Assembly: GCA_048772705.1 (NCBI GenBank)
Contig: JBLWGC010000043.1
Span: 434,001 to 498,000, forward strand
Length of the DNA stretch: 64,000 bases
Source of the DNA: Leidyana gryllorum EB-2025a
Lineage: Eukaryota; Protista; Apicomplexa
Reading direction: 5' to 3'
The notes beneath the pieces were generated by a model. The model was not told the origin of the DNA. It saw only the letters and a list, made by a program, of their open reading frames with translations, and made no database searches. The position numbers and the translations under genes were made by a program. Below, piece after piece: positions 47,594 through 61,335 of the stretch (position 1 is the stretch's first letter; every line of letters begins with the position of its first letter).

Positions 47594-49911
47594 ATGGTGC
47601 TGGGTAAGTCCAGTGGAGGGGAAGATTATACTGTGACGCAGAACGGCCTGGGTGCCCCGTGCCATACAGCATTCAGGTTGTTGACTATCAAGTAGTATCG
47701 GCTGAAAGATACGTTCCAGGCTCTCTAGCCGCTGCCCAAGCCCCTCACACCAATGAGAAGCGCTATGCAATATATCGGATTGAAGTGTCGATATCAGCCA
47801 TCAATCATCGCTGGCTGGTGGAGAAACGGTTCAATGAGTTTGTGACGCTCCACGATAAACTCTCCTCCCTCTACGTCTCCGTTCCACCCCTTCCGAGCAA
47901 AACGATCGGAAGAATACTCAGCCCCAGCCACCTCCAGGCACGTCGACACGCTCTACAGGTCTTCCTGACGCTACTCGCCAATCGGAGAGACATTGCGGCC
48001 AGCCCCATATTCCACGAGTTCTTGGAATTGCACGACAATGCCCCCAATGCTCTGCGGTCTCTCTATCCATACATGCCTGTCACACAACCGACACTGATCG
48101 GAGCGCTCCACGACCCCACTTTCGGCATTCAAAACGTAAGTGGGGATACAAACACCACCTGACCACTCTCACAGGTTCAATATCTGCCACGACGGAGCCT
48201 TCTCGTCACTGCCTGCAATGACTTCTCGCTGGCGTCCAAAGTTGGTGAGTCAACACTCCGCACCGCCAGAAACCCCGTCTCCGAATCCAGATGCTCTCGT
48301 CACTGGCGCCTTGGCTGGCCTCGTTCCCGGCGACTCCAGCATCCCAATGTCCCGATTATGTGTGTGGGAGTGCAGCCCGTCCCCTGAGCTCCCACCCGAC
48401 AAGTTGAGTTTGGATCAAGATATAACGGCCAATCCCGAGGCTCCCAAAATGAGGTTCCGCTTACTCCACGCCCAATACTTCAGTCAACGAGTAAGTGTGT
48501 GTGTGTGTGTGAGTATCTCTGTCTCTCCGTGCCTCTCTCTCCGTGCCTCTCTCTCTGTGCCTCTCGCCCTCTCTCCCACTTCCTTTCTCTCCGCCAACCA
48601 CGTTGACGATTTTTGTCTCAGATATCGTCAATTTGCCCTATCCTCAATGAGACTGTGGTGCTGGTGGCGTTTGAGTCTGGAGACATTCTGGCTTATGCTT
48701 TCTCAATGGACTGCCATTCTTTGTCGACGACTCCAGGCGGCGAAGAGGAGGACAGTCTCATCTCAGCATTCCACGATCAGAACAATGGACGGCATCTCAA
48801 TCGCATTGTCAGTGGCGAGGAATTCGTATCGGCCATGACCACCCAAACTCTACCCACATTAACAAGTTTGGATTCAGACGAGCTACGGATACCCGCCAAT
48901 GCTGAGCTTCTGATCCGAGCGGACGAGCGGTTCCCACTCTTACCGCAGGGAGGAAACGCAGTCAGAGTGTTGATCGAAGTATCCTTGTGCTGTCACTCGA
49001 GGGTTCTATTGATTGGCAAAGACGATGCAACTCTTCAAGTGTACGCCATCGCGAGTCAGACCACCGTTGGTCAGCCATTGGCCTTACCGTCTCCGGCTCG
49101 CTGTGCAGATGTCTTCTCTGATCCTGGAGACAACCCCACCGTCCTCGTGGGACTTGAGGATGAGACCCTTTGCGTTCTGTCGATTTCCAAGGCAGGGGAG
49201 CTTATATGGCTGACTGGCAGCAATGCGACTCGGAAAATCGCCTCTGTCGAACAGGCGACGCTCTCGCGTCTGGAATTCGTCAAAATCGTGGCGCCCAAAT
49301 TGGAGGCAGACCGCTGTGAGTATCGGGGCCATTGTTCTGGTTTGTAAATTGGTGGTATGGCAGTGAAACCTCTTTGCGGGACCGAGGCCGCCATTCAAAT
49401 GACAGGAGCTATGCTCATATGCAGCGGTAGGCTGAGCGAGAGGTTTGACATTCGAATGATTTCTATGTTATAGGAACTCGGGATAACATAATCACCACGT
49501 GGCTGCTCACGAAAGATCGCAGCTGTCTCAGACTAATCGGACGGAGCACCAAACCAACAGTGGGAACTTTGTGCCGCGCCGAGGTCGACGCTGAGAATCT
49601 CCTGCTGCTTATTGGGTCTCGGACGGGCTTAGTGGCCGCAGTCTGCCCTCTGACCGGCCAACCCGTCATCTCCTTCCAGGCACATGAACGGTTGCCGAAA
49701 CAAAAGGACGGCACCTTGGTGGGACACTCCGAGGGAATCACAAGAATTCGAATGTCTCCTGGTTCCCATGTCTTGTAAGTTTGAGTGAATCCTTCCTTAT
49801 ATCGCATACAAACCCAGAATGACCGGGGGGAAAGATGGCTGGGTGCGGTTCTGGCGTTGGCCTCGGGAGTATCGGGGACTCAGGAATGGTGGATTTGATC
49901 GTGACGTTTGA
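47594..49911 (+). CDS. PX-domain + WD40 protein
   Basis: PX domain WLVEKRFNEFVTLHDKL...PPLPSK...RRHALQVFL; C-terminal WD repeat GHSEGIT...TGGKDGWVRFW. Confidence 0.75.
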
Positions 49912-50274
49912 CTGCCTCCACGCTGCTGAAGATTCTGTCAGGACAATGCGGACATGAATGAGTGGGAACATAGCTAAAAGGTCCTGAAAGTTTCGCTGGG
50001 TCGTCAGCGGGTAAAACCGGGAGGACAGTCACATCATTGATGGGCTGAGCGCAATTCGGACAGCTTCGCTCCGCTTCCCCAATAGCCTTGAAACAGGTGG
50101 CACACATCCAGTGGCAACAGGGCTCCTGTCAGAGCACGACACATGACACAATAAGCAACCCTTGGCTAGCCTTACCACACGATACCTCCAGTACGCGGGA
50201 GCGGAACATTTCGGACACACGATTGCAGCTGCAGCCTCCTCGCTGAGACTCATGTGCTCATAGAGCTGCTCCAT
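49880..50274 (-). CDS. Small RING + C2H2 zinc-finger protein (Hakai/CBLL1-like architecture)
   Basis: Spliced CPKC...RV|EPCCHWMCATC...CPNC (RING), then CPHC...HDQIHH (C2H2). Confidence 0.7.
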
Positions 50275-50329
50275 ATTTCAGACTTAAAATTTACAACGTT
50301 TTCGATCTCCTTGACGCTTCTATCTTACT

Positions 50330-52334
50330 ATGCCTCAGCGTACTGGAGCAGTTTTTCAGGGTGTAGTCAACAATGGACTGCGCCGCTTGCAAACTGCGTG
50401 GCAGAATCGAACTGATCTGGTCCATTGTTGCGGGATTGTGGGCTACTGTGGTCCTCAGGATGCGCATAAGATACTGTGTGATGGTGTGTCTTTGCTACAA
50501 AACCGTGGCTACGACTCATGTGGCATTACTACTATGCTGAAGAAAAAGATGTATACCACCAAGTTTGCCAGTCGTGGATCTACAAGCGACAGCGTTGAAC
50601 TCTTGCTCAACGCTGCGCCGGCCAAACACGCAGGCCATAACATCGGTATCGCACACACACGTTGGGCGACGCACGGTGCCAAGACGGATGACAATGCCCA
50701 TCCGCACTCTGACTGGAAGGGCAGAATCAGCCTGGTACACAACGGAACGATAGACAACTACGACATCCTCAAATCTGAGCTGGAGAAGCACGGATGTACC
50801 TTCCGGTCTGAAACAGATACGGAAGTCATCGCGAACCTGATCGGATACTACCTAGATAGAGGTCAGCAATTTCAGGACGCTGTAAAGTCGACCGTTCAAC
50901 GTTTACGCGGCACCTGGGGGCTTGTTGTTCTGCATAAGGACCACCCTAACGGTTTAATGGTGGCCAGGAACGGATCGCCGCTGATTTTGGGCAGTTCAAC
51001 CACGGGTCAGGAAGTGTTTGTTGCTAGCGAGCCTCTTGCTCTGGCCGAGCACACTAATGAATATCTGGCGCTTAACGATGGTGACATCTGTTGGGTGAGC
51101 ACAGGTGGAGGGATTAGCCACTTGGAAGCTGGAAGAGATAAACGACCAATTCCCAAGCTCGATGTGGAGTACGAGCCAACCCCGTTCCGTCACTGGACGG
51201 TGAAAGAGATATACGAGCAGCCCCAGAGTCTCGGACGAGCAATGAACTTTGGAGGTCGTATCGGTCCCGACAACAGGGTGAAATTAGGTGGCTTGGACTC
51301 TCACCGTGATGAGCTCATGCGTATCAAGAATTTGATTATTACAGGCTGTGGTACATCACTTCATGCCGGTCTTTACGGACAACAACTCATGCGCTGGCTT
51401 GAGTGCTTTAATTCAGTGGATGTGATCGATAGCAGCGAAGTGGACACTTCCACGTTCAGCAAGCCCACTGATCAATGTGGCATTTTGGCGTTGAGTCAGT
51501 CCGGTGAGACTCGCGACGTCGTCAGTGCATTGGAGGTGGCTACAAATCTGCACGTCAAGAAGCTTTCAGTTGTGAACCAAGTTGGAAGTTTGATTGCCCG
51601 GATGACCAACTGCGGTTGCTATTTGAATGCGGGACGCGAGGTGGCGGTGGCCAGCACCAAAGCTTTCACGTCCCAGGTCGCAGTGATGGCCCTGTGTGCC
51701 ATCTGGTTCGCCCAGCAGCGCAAAGATTACGACAAGGACAGAATTGCTTCTATTGCCGACGCGATGCATCGGCTGCCGCTCCGTGCGAGCCAATTATTGA
51801 GCTTGGACAGTCAGTGCAAGAAGCTTGCACAGGTTCTTGTGAATGCGAATACCCGGAACATGTTTGTTCTCGGCAAAGGTTTCGGATACCCGGTAGCGTT
51901 GGAGGGAGCTTTGAAGATTAAGGAGATATCCTACATCCATGCGGAAGGTTTTGGGGGAGGTCAGCTCAAACACGGCCCATTCGCCCTCATTGATGAGAAG
52001 TCCAAGACGCCAGGTGAGTTGTCAGCAGTGAATATTCCATCCACTCCTCTCCTCAGTCGTTATGTTAGTGCTCAAGGATCAGCATCAGCCCGGAATGGTG
52101 AACGCTGCACAACAAGTCAAGGCGAGAGGAGCCCGAACCATCGTCATCACCGACGACCCAGAAGGATGTTCTTCAATTAATGCGGATCATTTGATTACCA
52201 TTCCCAACAACGGCCCCTTGACAGCTCTGGGTGCCACAATCCCTATGCAGCTGTTGGCCTACCATCTGGCTACTCTCAGAGGTGTTGACCCTGACAAGCC
52301 GCGTGGTCTGGCCAAGACTGTCACTGTGGCTTGA
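50330..52334 (+). CDS. GFAT: Glutamine:fructose-6-phosphate amidotransferase
   Basis: CGIVG, RGYDS, HTRWATHG, HNG, SQSGET, VASTKAFTSQ, LKHGPFAL, GLAKTVTV; one intron at ~52013-52056. Confidence 0.96.
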
Positions 52335-52371
52335 GAGAAGAGAAAACCGTGTTTTTTGTCTGCACAACAAA

Positions 52372-55300
52372 ATGCTAACGCGCCAGTTGAGCTTCTTTGA
52401 ATCGGTGCCATTCAAGACTAAACTATTGATCGATAAATGGCACGGGATTCTCAAACCCCCTATAGAGATTGCCACAGTGGCCGGACATGCCAGATACCTC
52501 TTCGTTGCCGACACCCGAGGCCGTATTCATCTCGTCTGTCCCAATCACCTATCCATATCAAAGGGCCCCATAGACCTCGGCATTCTATGTTCCCATCAGC
52601 TCTTCGCTGGCAAATGTCAGATCCTCTGGATGAAAGTCGTTGACGTACCCAACACCAACAGTCCGGGCATTCGATCGATCCTCTTCGCCTTTTGGTAAGA
52701 GCCACGCCGAGAAAGACTGCCGGAGCTGTCACACTCAATGTCTCTCATCGACAGCGCTTTGAGCAAACATCCCCACAGTGGCCCTTCGAGTGAGGCCAGC
52801 GGCGCCTTCAAGCCGCTCGTTTTGGGATACCACATCTACGAGCTCTTGCCGCCACTGAACAGTCTCTGGTCAGCTGTCGGTCAACCCCAGGTGTCTCCGG
52901 CACTCTCGCAGCCTCTGGCGCTCATAAAGGAAGGATTTGTCGGCCAGACGATGTATTCGAACGCTGACGACACCGGTAGCAGTAATCCCCTGAGTTTGAT
53001 CCCTGGTGCCAACGCCGGCAAGAGACCGGCCACCTCTATGCAACACGAGGTCGAGACGATAGCGAAGGCTCTGGCAAAGGTCTCCTGCGTCTCATTGGCC
53101 GACGACTTGCAGCTTCTCGCCGTGAGTGTTCTCACTCACACACTTATCGATGTCTCGCAGTTGGGGTCCGTCACAGGAGAAGTAATATTGGTGCGAGGTG
53201 ACCTCACCTCTGCAACGTCTCCGACTCGTATTCGACGTATAATGTGAGTATAAAATGATTTGCCTTACGGCCTCTCTTGTCAGTGTCTCCCCCCCCTTTG
53301 TCTCCGCAAAAGACTCCTCGATCAGGCCAGACTCGACGGCTCCGGTGACGAACATTGAGGTGGTGAGACTCGACCCGAACGACAATTCTTATTACCTTTT
53401 CGTGGCGACGACATTATCGATCATTTGTTATGAACTGGCGCGGCCTTCTGGTCACACGGAGCCTCCACCGCCCCGACTGCTGTGGCAGGACGACTCTTTT
53501 GGCACTTCTCAGAACAGAATGACTTGGCTGCCGTCGTTACAGAGCTGTGTGGTCATAGGCCCAGACCAGGCGGTCTATATATTCGATCCGCTGCAGGGGA
53601 ATGTCAGTGCAATGCCCATTGAAGGGATCCCCCTGCGTCTCTGCGCATTTCAAAGATCCCAACTCGTGCTGTTGTGTCAATGCAATAGTTCTTCTCAGCG
53701 GAGTTCCCCGAGTTCTCTGCCGAGTCGTGAGGCTCGTTATCCGGTGTCTCTGATGGAAGAGCCTTTCCTGTGTGCCGGTGCGAATGTTATCAAAGTGATG
53801 CATCTGAGTCCCAACTCCCGATTTGAGACGCTGTGTATACCTCTGAAGGGCCCAAGCGATGGCGTGCGCGTGGTCGATGGCCTACAGAACCTAATGATCC
53901 TTCACACCAAATTACTGCTTAACGACAATGTGTCGTCGGACAACAATGGCGTCGTCTCTCAGTCTCCTGCCTCCGAAGGGCTGTGGTTTCTGCAGCATCC
54001 CCTCAGCAACCGCGTGCATTCGCTGGCCAGGAAAGGCTGTTGGAACTGGGCACTGGAAATCAGTCGGAAGGAGGATCTCTCCGGAGAGCTGACTAAACTG
54101 ATCAACAGACTCCATTTCCTCACTCGAACATCATCGCACGACATATCAGAGGCTCTGACGATATTTGAAGCTTCTGTCCGCGATGATCACCCACGTTCAA
54201 TGATAAGCTTCAGCGACTTTCTGGAAGGCATTTTTGGAGATCAGTCGGGGACCGGCTCCAAGCAGATATGGCGAAGTTGCATCAGCGCCCTTCTCCGGAG
54301 TTTGATCACCTTCCATGACAGAGGTGGGTATTCGACTAAAGCTGAGGTTGTGATAAGAAAACGTGTGTTTCCAAAGGCTACGGCACACGATGGCACGCGC
54401 AATTATTGCTCGAATGTTTGTTAATAGAGAAGAGCCATATCGAACAGGAGGCCATTCAGTGTCCCTATTTCCTCACGATGAAGAACTCTGATTTCCCCAC
54501 TGAAATTGCCCGCGAAATCGCTTCGGCCGCTCTCAAAGGCATTCATCAGTCCTACACCATCTCACCCACAGTCATCTCTGCACTGCTTGGGATCGGAGCG
54601 CTCGACACTTTAATCAGCCGCGGTACGTTGATGGATGACTGACAGACAGTCAGTCCGTCCGCATTTTTTTTGTCAACTGACCTCTGCTGTAGGCGAAGAA
54701 GGTCTGGCGGCGGACCTGTGTTTGTGTTTGGGCGACATTACGGCTTGGGCTCAGCTGAACCCTGATGGGTCATCGTTGGCTACGGGTGTGCGTATAATGT
54801 CTGTAATGGATCCGTCTGCCGGCGTAGTGTACGTCAACGCCGCTTTCCAGAAGCTGTTGAGCTACGCGCCGCAAGTGTTGCTGCCTTCACTGACCCATAT
54901 CCTGCCGCACGATCGAGACCACATTCTGGATGAGGCGATGTGGAGAGTCTGGCAGCAGAGTCGGATGGATCACTACTTGGCTCTGGACACCTGGATGCAG
55001 GTCGACTATAAGAATTGTGACGCGAGTTCGATATCGTGTTGTCGGCCTCGCAGTTTTACGTTGATGAATGGGATGGAATGCACTCCGGGGGCGACTTGCC
55101 CGTTGTTCAGCGCTGCCGTGAAAGCCGACTCGGCGGTTCGAGCCTTTCTTGAAGTTGTGCATTCCATTTTGCGGACAGATCGCTTAGGCCAGGAGCGACG
55201 ACAAGTTGTGACTGCGTGCAAAGCCATGTCTGAAGCCCTCACAACGTCCACTTGTCCCAGCCGCATTCTTCTTTTGCTGTTGGCCATCCGCAGCGGGGTG

Positions 55301-55684
55301 CGGATCAGTGAGAGTGTTTGGTGGCGCACAGAGCTGTCCAGATATCTCGAGGATGTGCAAAGCAAGACTGAGTGTGCTTTTCTTGAGGTCGTGGACGCAA
55401 TTCGCGCTAGCAGTGCGAGCCAAATGCTGGAGGGGGTCATGCAGGCATATGATCGACTCACAGAGAGTCACAGTAACCTGATCCGACGAGTCACAGTGAG
55501 CGCAGTCAAAGGCATCAATGTCTCAGACGCCGTTGTCGACAAATTGGACCCGATGGCAGAATTGAAGGAAAAACGTTTACTACTAGTTGAGGTCACTGAA
55601 GATCAAGTCGCTGAGCTAACTAAAAGAATCGACTGCTTCCGCTCTCGTTTACCCCAATCTACCGCAACGACATCAGTGTACTAA
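52372..55684 (+). CDS. Divergent Vps11-like (HOPS/CORVET) protein
   Basis: N-terminal RQLSFFE, LLA..GSVTGEVILVRGDL and YLFVATT..IICY resemble the Vps11 propeller; helical remainder; multi-exon. Confidence 0.55.
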
Positions 55685-55758
55685 CATAACAACACATCGT
55701 CGGCAACAGAGCAGCCGCCAGTCAGACAGATACCGATAAAACTGACGCCTCAGCTCCT

Positions 55759-56814
55759 TCACTCTCGAATAAGAATAGGGGAGAATCGAGGAGCATTCCA
55801 ATTGGGAATCACCGCCAACAGCAGCACAGACACCAAACATGTGATCGACACACCCAGAATGTCAATTGTCACTTGAATGGCAGCACCTGCAGAGAGAAGT
55901 GAGTGGGAGAGTGGGAGAGTGGGAGAGAGCAACAGTGCCAGTGATCGTAGCCGAGATCAAATGTGTGAGAGGGGCAGTGACTTTAGTGAGTTAAACACAA
56001 AGTAGTGATTGTTTGTTTATACCTGCGTGTGCAGGATCGAATCCGCACCACCAGAGCGCCAAAGGCATAAAAGTGCCAATGAGGACCGCGACAAAGACGA
56101 TCAAATACATTGAAGCGCAGATCGCTGAAACGCAGCAGGAGATGTCTCCGCTATGGGGGAAGAGTCGCTTACCGGCCACCTCCCATACTGTGCCTTCGAA
56201 GAGATAGACACGGGCAAAGGACACCGCGGATAGAATGGTCGCCAGCTTGAGACTGCGCAGACAAACAGAGTACGTTAGACATCTCGCCCCACCGCACTGC
56301 AGTCTACTCACCCCGTCCAGAGCTCGCGACGCACAAAGTGTTGGAGTGTCTTGTGGGGGTAAAAGTCGTTACGGGCGATGGCTCTGATGACCAGAACGGT
56401 AGATTGGCTACCGGCGTTGCCTCCGGCTCCAACGAGCATTGTGAGGAAGAATACAATGATGGGATGTTGGACCAACAGTCCCTGGAATCGCTTGAGGATA
56501 AAGGAGGATAGACTCTGGAGGACCAGAAGCGCTACGAGCCATGAGAAGCGATGAGAGAATCGATTAAGACTCTCAACCTCATCGGGTACGCGGCGATCGC
56601 TTTCAAGTCCACCTCCAGTGTTGGTGGTTACAAGACAGGTGGCGGGTCCCAAGGTGCGGGCGCTGGGATGTGTGACCATGCTGGGTACTTCGGACATGTA
56701 GTCGAGCACTTCGACGCTTTCGGCGCGGAGTGTACTCGGTCGCAACATTCCAACCCCCAAATTGATTGATCTCTCCAATCCCACCTCAAACAGTGTTTCA
56801 GCAGATGACATCAT
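55759..56814 (-). CDS. MgtE/SLC41-type divalent cation transporter membrane domain
   Basis: RFSWLVALL, FLTMLVGAGGNAGSQS, DPAHAG|AAIQVTIDILG (conserved Asp). Confidence 0.88.
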
Positions 56815-56842
56815 AACTATCTCTCTCTCTACACATTCATTG

Positions 56843-57775
56843 TTAAGGGATCTCGTGGCCCCCTTTGCGGGTTCTGAACCAGAGATGGCTCAGAAAATGG
56901 GTAAGCACTACGACTAAGAAGACAATTATCCAGAACCTATACGCTAGTAGTAATCTGCCGACTCGATGATCTCACTCACCGCACATTCATCACAGGATCC
57001 AGATATTGAACGGGCAACTGACCCTCGTCTAACTTGTCCGCCACCTCTCTCCTGGTCACAGCTGACCGTCTCTCTACTTCCTCCACCACAACAGTGGGTG
57101 AAACGGCCAATCCGTCGCCTCCTCCAGACTGCTCTGGATTCTTCGGTGGGGGAGTGTGGGCGGGTACCTCGGCAGCAGCCTCGATCCGCTTGAGAACATC
57201 AGCCTCCTCCTTCGTGACCTCCTGACTGTTAGGAGCCATGTCGGCGACCGCAGTCTCGACCGCCTCTTCAGCACTACTCGACGACACCAACTCCGCCGTA
57301 GTCGGCTCCTCCTCCTCGGCGGCCGCCGCAGCTGCCGTCTCCGGCGCCGGCTTCAACAAGGCGTCCTTGAAAGACAGAGATTGCCGCGGCTCTGCACGTA
57401 ATGAGACAGAGAAATCGATTTGGTTCCTGTCAATCTGCCCAACTCACCTCCTGCGTCCTCCTCATTGGCGGTTTCCCCCTCCGAAGGAGGAGCCTCCCGC
57501 AGTATCTGCTCTGTGGCCGGAACGATTCGGGTCGTATTCTGGTTGGGCTCGTAGGTGCGATGATGTCTTATTGTACGCTTCTCCAACAGCGGGTGTTCCA
57601 AGAACGCCCCTCGCTTGTCTGCGGGCAAAATCACTACAGCGCCAGGAGACGTCTTGGAGGCAAAGGGCGTGGGAGCTCTGCCCCCCATAGATTCGACAAG
57701 TTCATTCAGCTCGTCCAACACTTCAGCCTCCAAAGGCAAGACCGAATATACCTCTAAAGTTGGTGGACTAGACAT
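56843..57775 (-). CDS. Acidic, putatively tail-anchored membrane protein
   Basis: Three exons; the last reads RFWIIVFLVVVLTHFLSHLWFRTRKGGHEIP-stop (C-terminal TM helix plus basic tail). Confidence 0.55.
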
Positions 57776-57824
57776 TTTTCCCGTATTCGCGCGAATTTTC
57801 CTTGAATGCATGTGCACATTAAGA

Positions 57825-60465
57825 TCACCAGATGAAGTCAGATTTTGCGTACATCGCCCACGGGAACTTCCGCAATAATGACATATTGAAAAACTTCTCA
57901 ATGGGCAAATCGAGTTGTTTACAGAAGGTTACAGTGATTCTGCAAACAGAGAGAAATCAATCAAATAACTTATAAAATGTGCCGTTTCAAGTCGCCGATT
58001 CCCAACACATTTTCGGAGACACACTCTCCACATTAATAATCAGAGCATCCGTCGTAACGAGATGCGGGGTGCAGTTTCAACGGCGACATCAAACGTAGAG
58101 CGCAGAACCGATGAATACTCACCTTGGATCCATATAGTGTTGCTTCGAAGTGTGGTTCGACACCGTCTTGTTCTCATCCTTGACCCGAATCCTCAACTCT
58201 TGATTGACGCGTTTGGTACTATACGGACGAACAGAGATGGCTATTGGGGAAAATGAGATTGACAATCACTTACATTAGCTGTGTCAGCCGCTTCCCAACT
58301 TGATCTTCTCGCATGTTCGGTCTGACTGCAGACACTCTCGGAGGATCATCAGGACCCCGAGATTGAGCCTCGAAAGTAAATTCACGTTTGGAATCTTTCT
58401 TCAGATATGCGGCGTAGGCTTCCAACTCTTGAATGTCCTCACACAGCCAAGCCAACTGCTTCTGCAACTTTTCCATCGACGCGTCGTGCTGTTTGGGAAC
58501 ACTACGCTGGTGATTACATAGGATGGCGACTTGACTGCAGAACGGCAATGAATGTCTTGCGCGCGAATCGACCATACTCACCGATTAGCGTGTTCATAGA
58601 ATCGCTTGCAGTCTTCAACATTACTTTTATCCACATTGTGATCAGGTTCGTCAATCTTGGCCAACTCTGACTGCAACGTGATGGACGCATTATAGGTTCT
58701 GAACACTTTTGCCGATAAACCAGGCATCAGATCTCGCAGATAACGATTGAGGGCACCTGGCTGAACCGCGAATGATGAGGGAATGTCATCGACAAAAACA
58801 AAGTCCACTCACCGAGGTGGTGTCAAATATGTTCTCTGTGGCGCTCTTGTTGGCACAGAAAGACTTGAGATTGTGATACGCCATTGGATCCAACGTGACA
58901 GTATTTAAGTATCGGATCGAGTCCTTCCCGAGAAAATCAAGGGTAATTTGACACTGCTCATCATCAAAAGCTGTCACGTGTTCAACTCTGAGACTGCAAC
59001 ACCCAACGGTATCAGCTTCTTCCTCACGATCTTTCTCATTCCCAACTCTCAGCGCCAAAGCGTCAATTACGTAAGTAGCTGTACCCAACTGCTTCTCGGT
59101 GATGTCAGTGGCTGCAAACACACGTGTGTCATAGGAGACACGGAGAAATAATGTGCCACTTACACTGCATCCGAGCCCGATAGTCCTTGCGAATGGCATA
59201 GATATGGTTCTTCAGCCTTCTCGCCAACTCGTACTTGAGATAATCTTTGATGCCCTTGACAGCACTCGAAGCGCCCAAGAACACATATTTTGGCTGATTG
59301 TTTACGGTATCCCTATATAAAGCCAGCCAAGTGACGCTGGGATCGTGATAGACATCTTGCCAACTATGGCCGCGTAGCCACTCAGGTAGTCGAGGCACCG
59401 GGGCGTTCTCGGACAGGTTTAAGATCACCTCATCAGGAAAGATTCTTCGCTTCAATTTCCCCATCTTTGGATGTTCACCACGTCCGCGAAACAGGCCTGG
59501 GACTTCGGCTTTGTAGCTAGCCACTTTTTCTCGAATCCAGTCATGCAGAGCGTACATGTGCGGGCCTTCCACCTTGAGCCTTTTGATCCTTTCCTCCTCA
59601 CGTTCCTCCTTAGTTAGAGCTTTGCGATTCTCCTTCTCTTTGATCTTTTGTGCCTCCAAGAATTCACGGATTTCTGTGAAGTCCGCCTTTTCAAAGTATG
59701 GCAAGTTGGCCTCGACTCTGTTTCTTTTCCGCGAGCTGCTTCCCGGTGTCATGGCCAGCGCAGCAACTTTGGTATTCAATTCCATCGCCGGAGAGGGGTT
59801 GGAGGGAGTTGGAGCAGCAGCGCCGTCACTTGGGGGCTCCTCGTACCCGCCATTGATGAATTTGTGATCCTCCGGGAAGGTGGAGAGGAAGGCTGTCCAG
59901 AAGTTGGTGACGAAGCGAGACTTTTCGGGATAGTCAGAAGTTTGGGCAGCACACCAGAAGTTCGCAACCTCCTCTGACTGAGGGGGAAGCTCGATTCTGT
60001 GCCCGTTATATATCATAGGGATCTTGTGAGGCTGATACGGGGGATAGAACATGAGTCCATGATGTTCGAGATATCTCCATTGAGGATCATCCTTGCCCTT
60101 CATAGGCTTATCCCACCAGGTGTTAACAGGCTCGAAGTGCTCTTCAGTCAAGATGTGCTTTCGCTTTCGTGTGCCAGCATTTTTGGTTGGAGTTCGAGGC
60201 TCCTTCTTGACACTTGTCTCTTGTTTAGCCGAATTGGAGCGTTTGACGGGTGTTACAGGCTCGTGTTTGACTGTCTTGATTGGTGGCAGCTTAGTAGGGG
60301 GAATCAAAGGCTCCTCATCATCATCATCGTCTACAGGAGGTATGGGGACTGGAATAGGGGGCGGCAGGTCACTCGAGGCAGCGGGTAATATTGGCTCGTT
60401 ATCGGACACATCCTCGTCAAGCACCATGTGTCGACTCTGCTGCCTGCGGGGTGGTTGGTCACCCA
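57825..60465 (-). CDS. TOP1: DNA topoisomerase IB
   Basis: [55 protein letters not shown], catalytic Y in [10 protein letters not shown]. Start at 60465 or 60427. Confidence 0.96.
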
Positions 60466-60508
60466 TCAGATCGGGGAAAAATTTTACAAAGTTGAACAAG
60501 GCTGATCG

Positions 60509-61335
60509 ATGAGGGTTTCAGATGCTGCTTACGCCCCGATAGGACAGAGTTTCAGCGTAGTGCCGACTACGGCAGATGATCATCTCGTAAGCATTAGCGC
60601 TGCGCATTGTATTGTTGCGGCAGGTAACGTACGTTCCCGCGACGCACACTTATGTGGCCCCGGAGAGTACTGCCACAGCGCCACTGAGAGAGTTGCAAGG
60701 CGACGAGTTTGATCCGTCAGCGCCTCCGATTGACAAGGCGCATCTGAAGTCTCTGTCTGGCATTATAGTGTCGTTGATATTCACGATGATGGTCATCTCA
60801 ATGTATACCTGCCTTTCCCGGCCTGATTTCAGCTTTCCGTTTCTGCTAGTTGGTTACTACGCCTGGTGTGTACGTGGGCAGTGGAGTTCTTCAAAGATTT
60901 TCCGTGTCACACGTAATGGGCACACTAAAGAGGTGGAGAAAGTTTACGACCACACGACCAATCTGGTGTGTGCTACCCCCGAGACAGTAGCGAACGTGCA
61001 AGCTTTCAGCTATCTATTGGCAGCTATCAGTGTGCTCGACGCAATATGGATCTTCACGGGTTACAATGCCTGGACATGTCGTTTTGACGATCCCCCAAAG
61101 AATGATGACTCGAATCGCAAGGATCCGACCTTCTGCTTTGACGAGCGGTCCGAAAAGACCCTGATGAGTACCTATACAATTCACTCGTTCGCATTGCAGG
61201 CGTCTGTCATCAACATATTCTTGAAAGTGAGTATTGAAATCCCCCGTTTGTTGGTTGCCACACAAGTCGTAGGTGCTCACTGTGATCCTCTGCGCTTTAT
61301 GGGTTTCGAGGCAGCAGAAGGCCCGATCAGCCTGA
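60509..61335 (+). CDS. Small multi-pass membrane protein
   Basis: About four hydrophobic segments; two short introns; ends VLTVILCALWVSRQQKARSA-stop. Confidence 0.65.
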
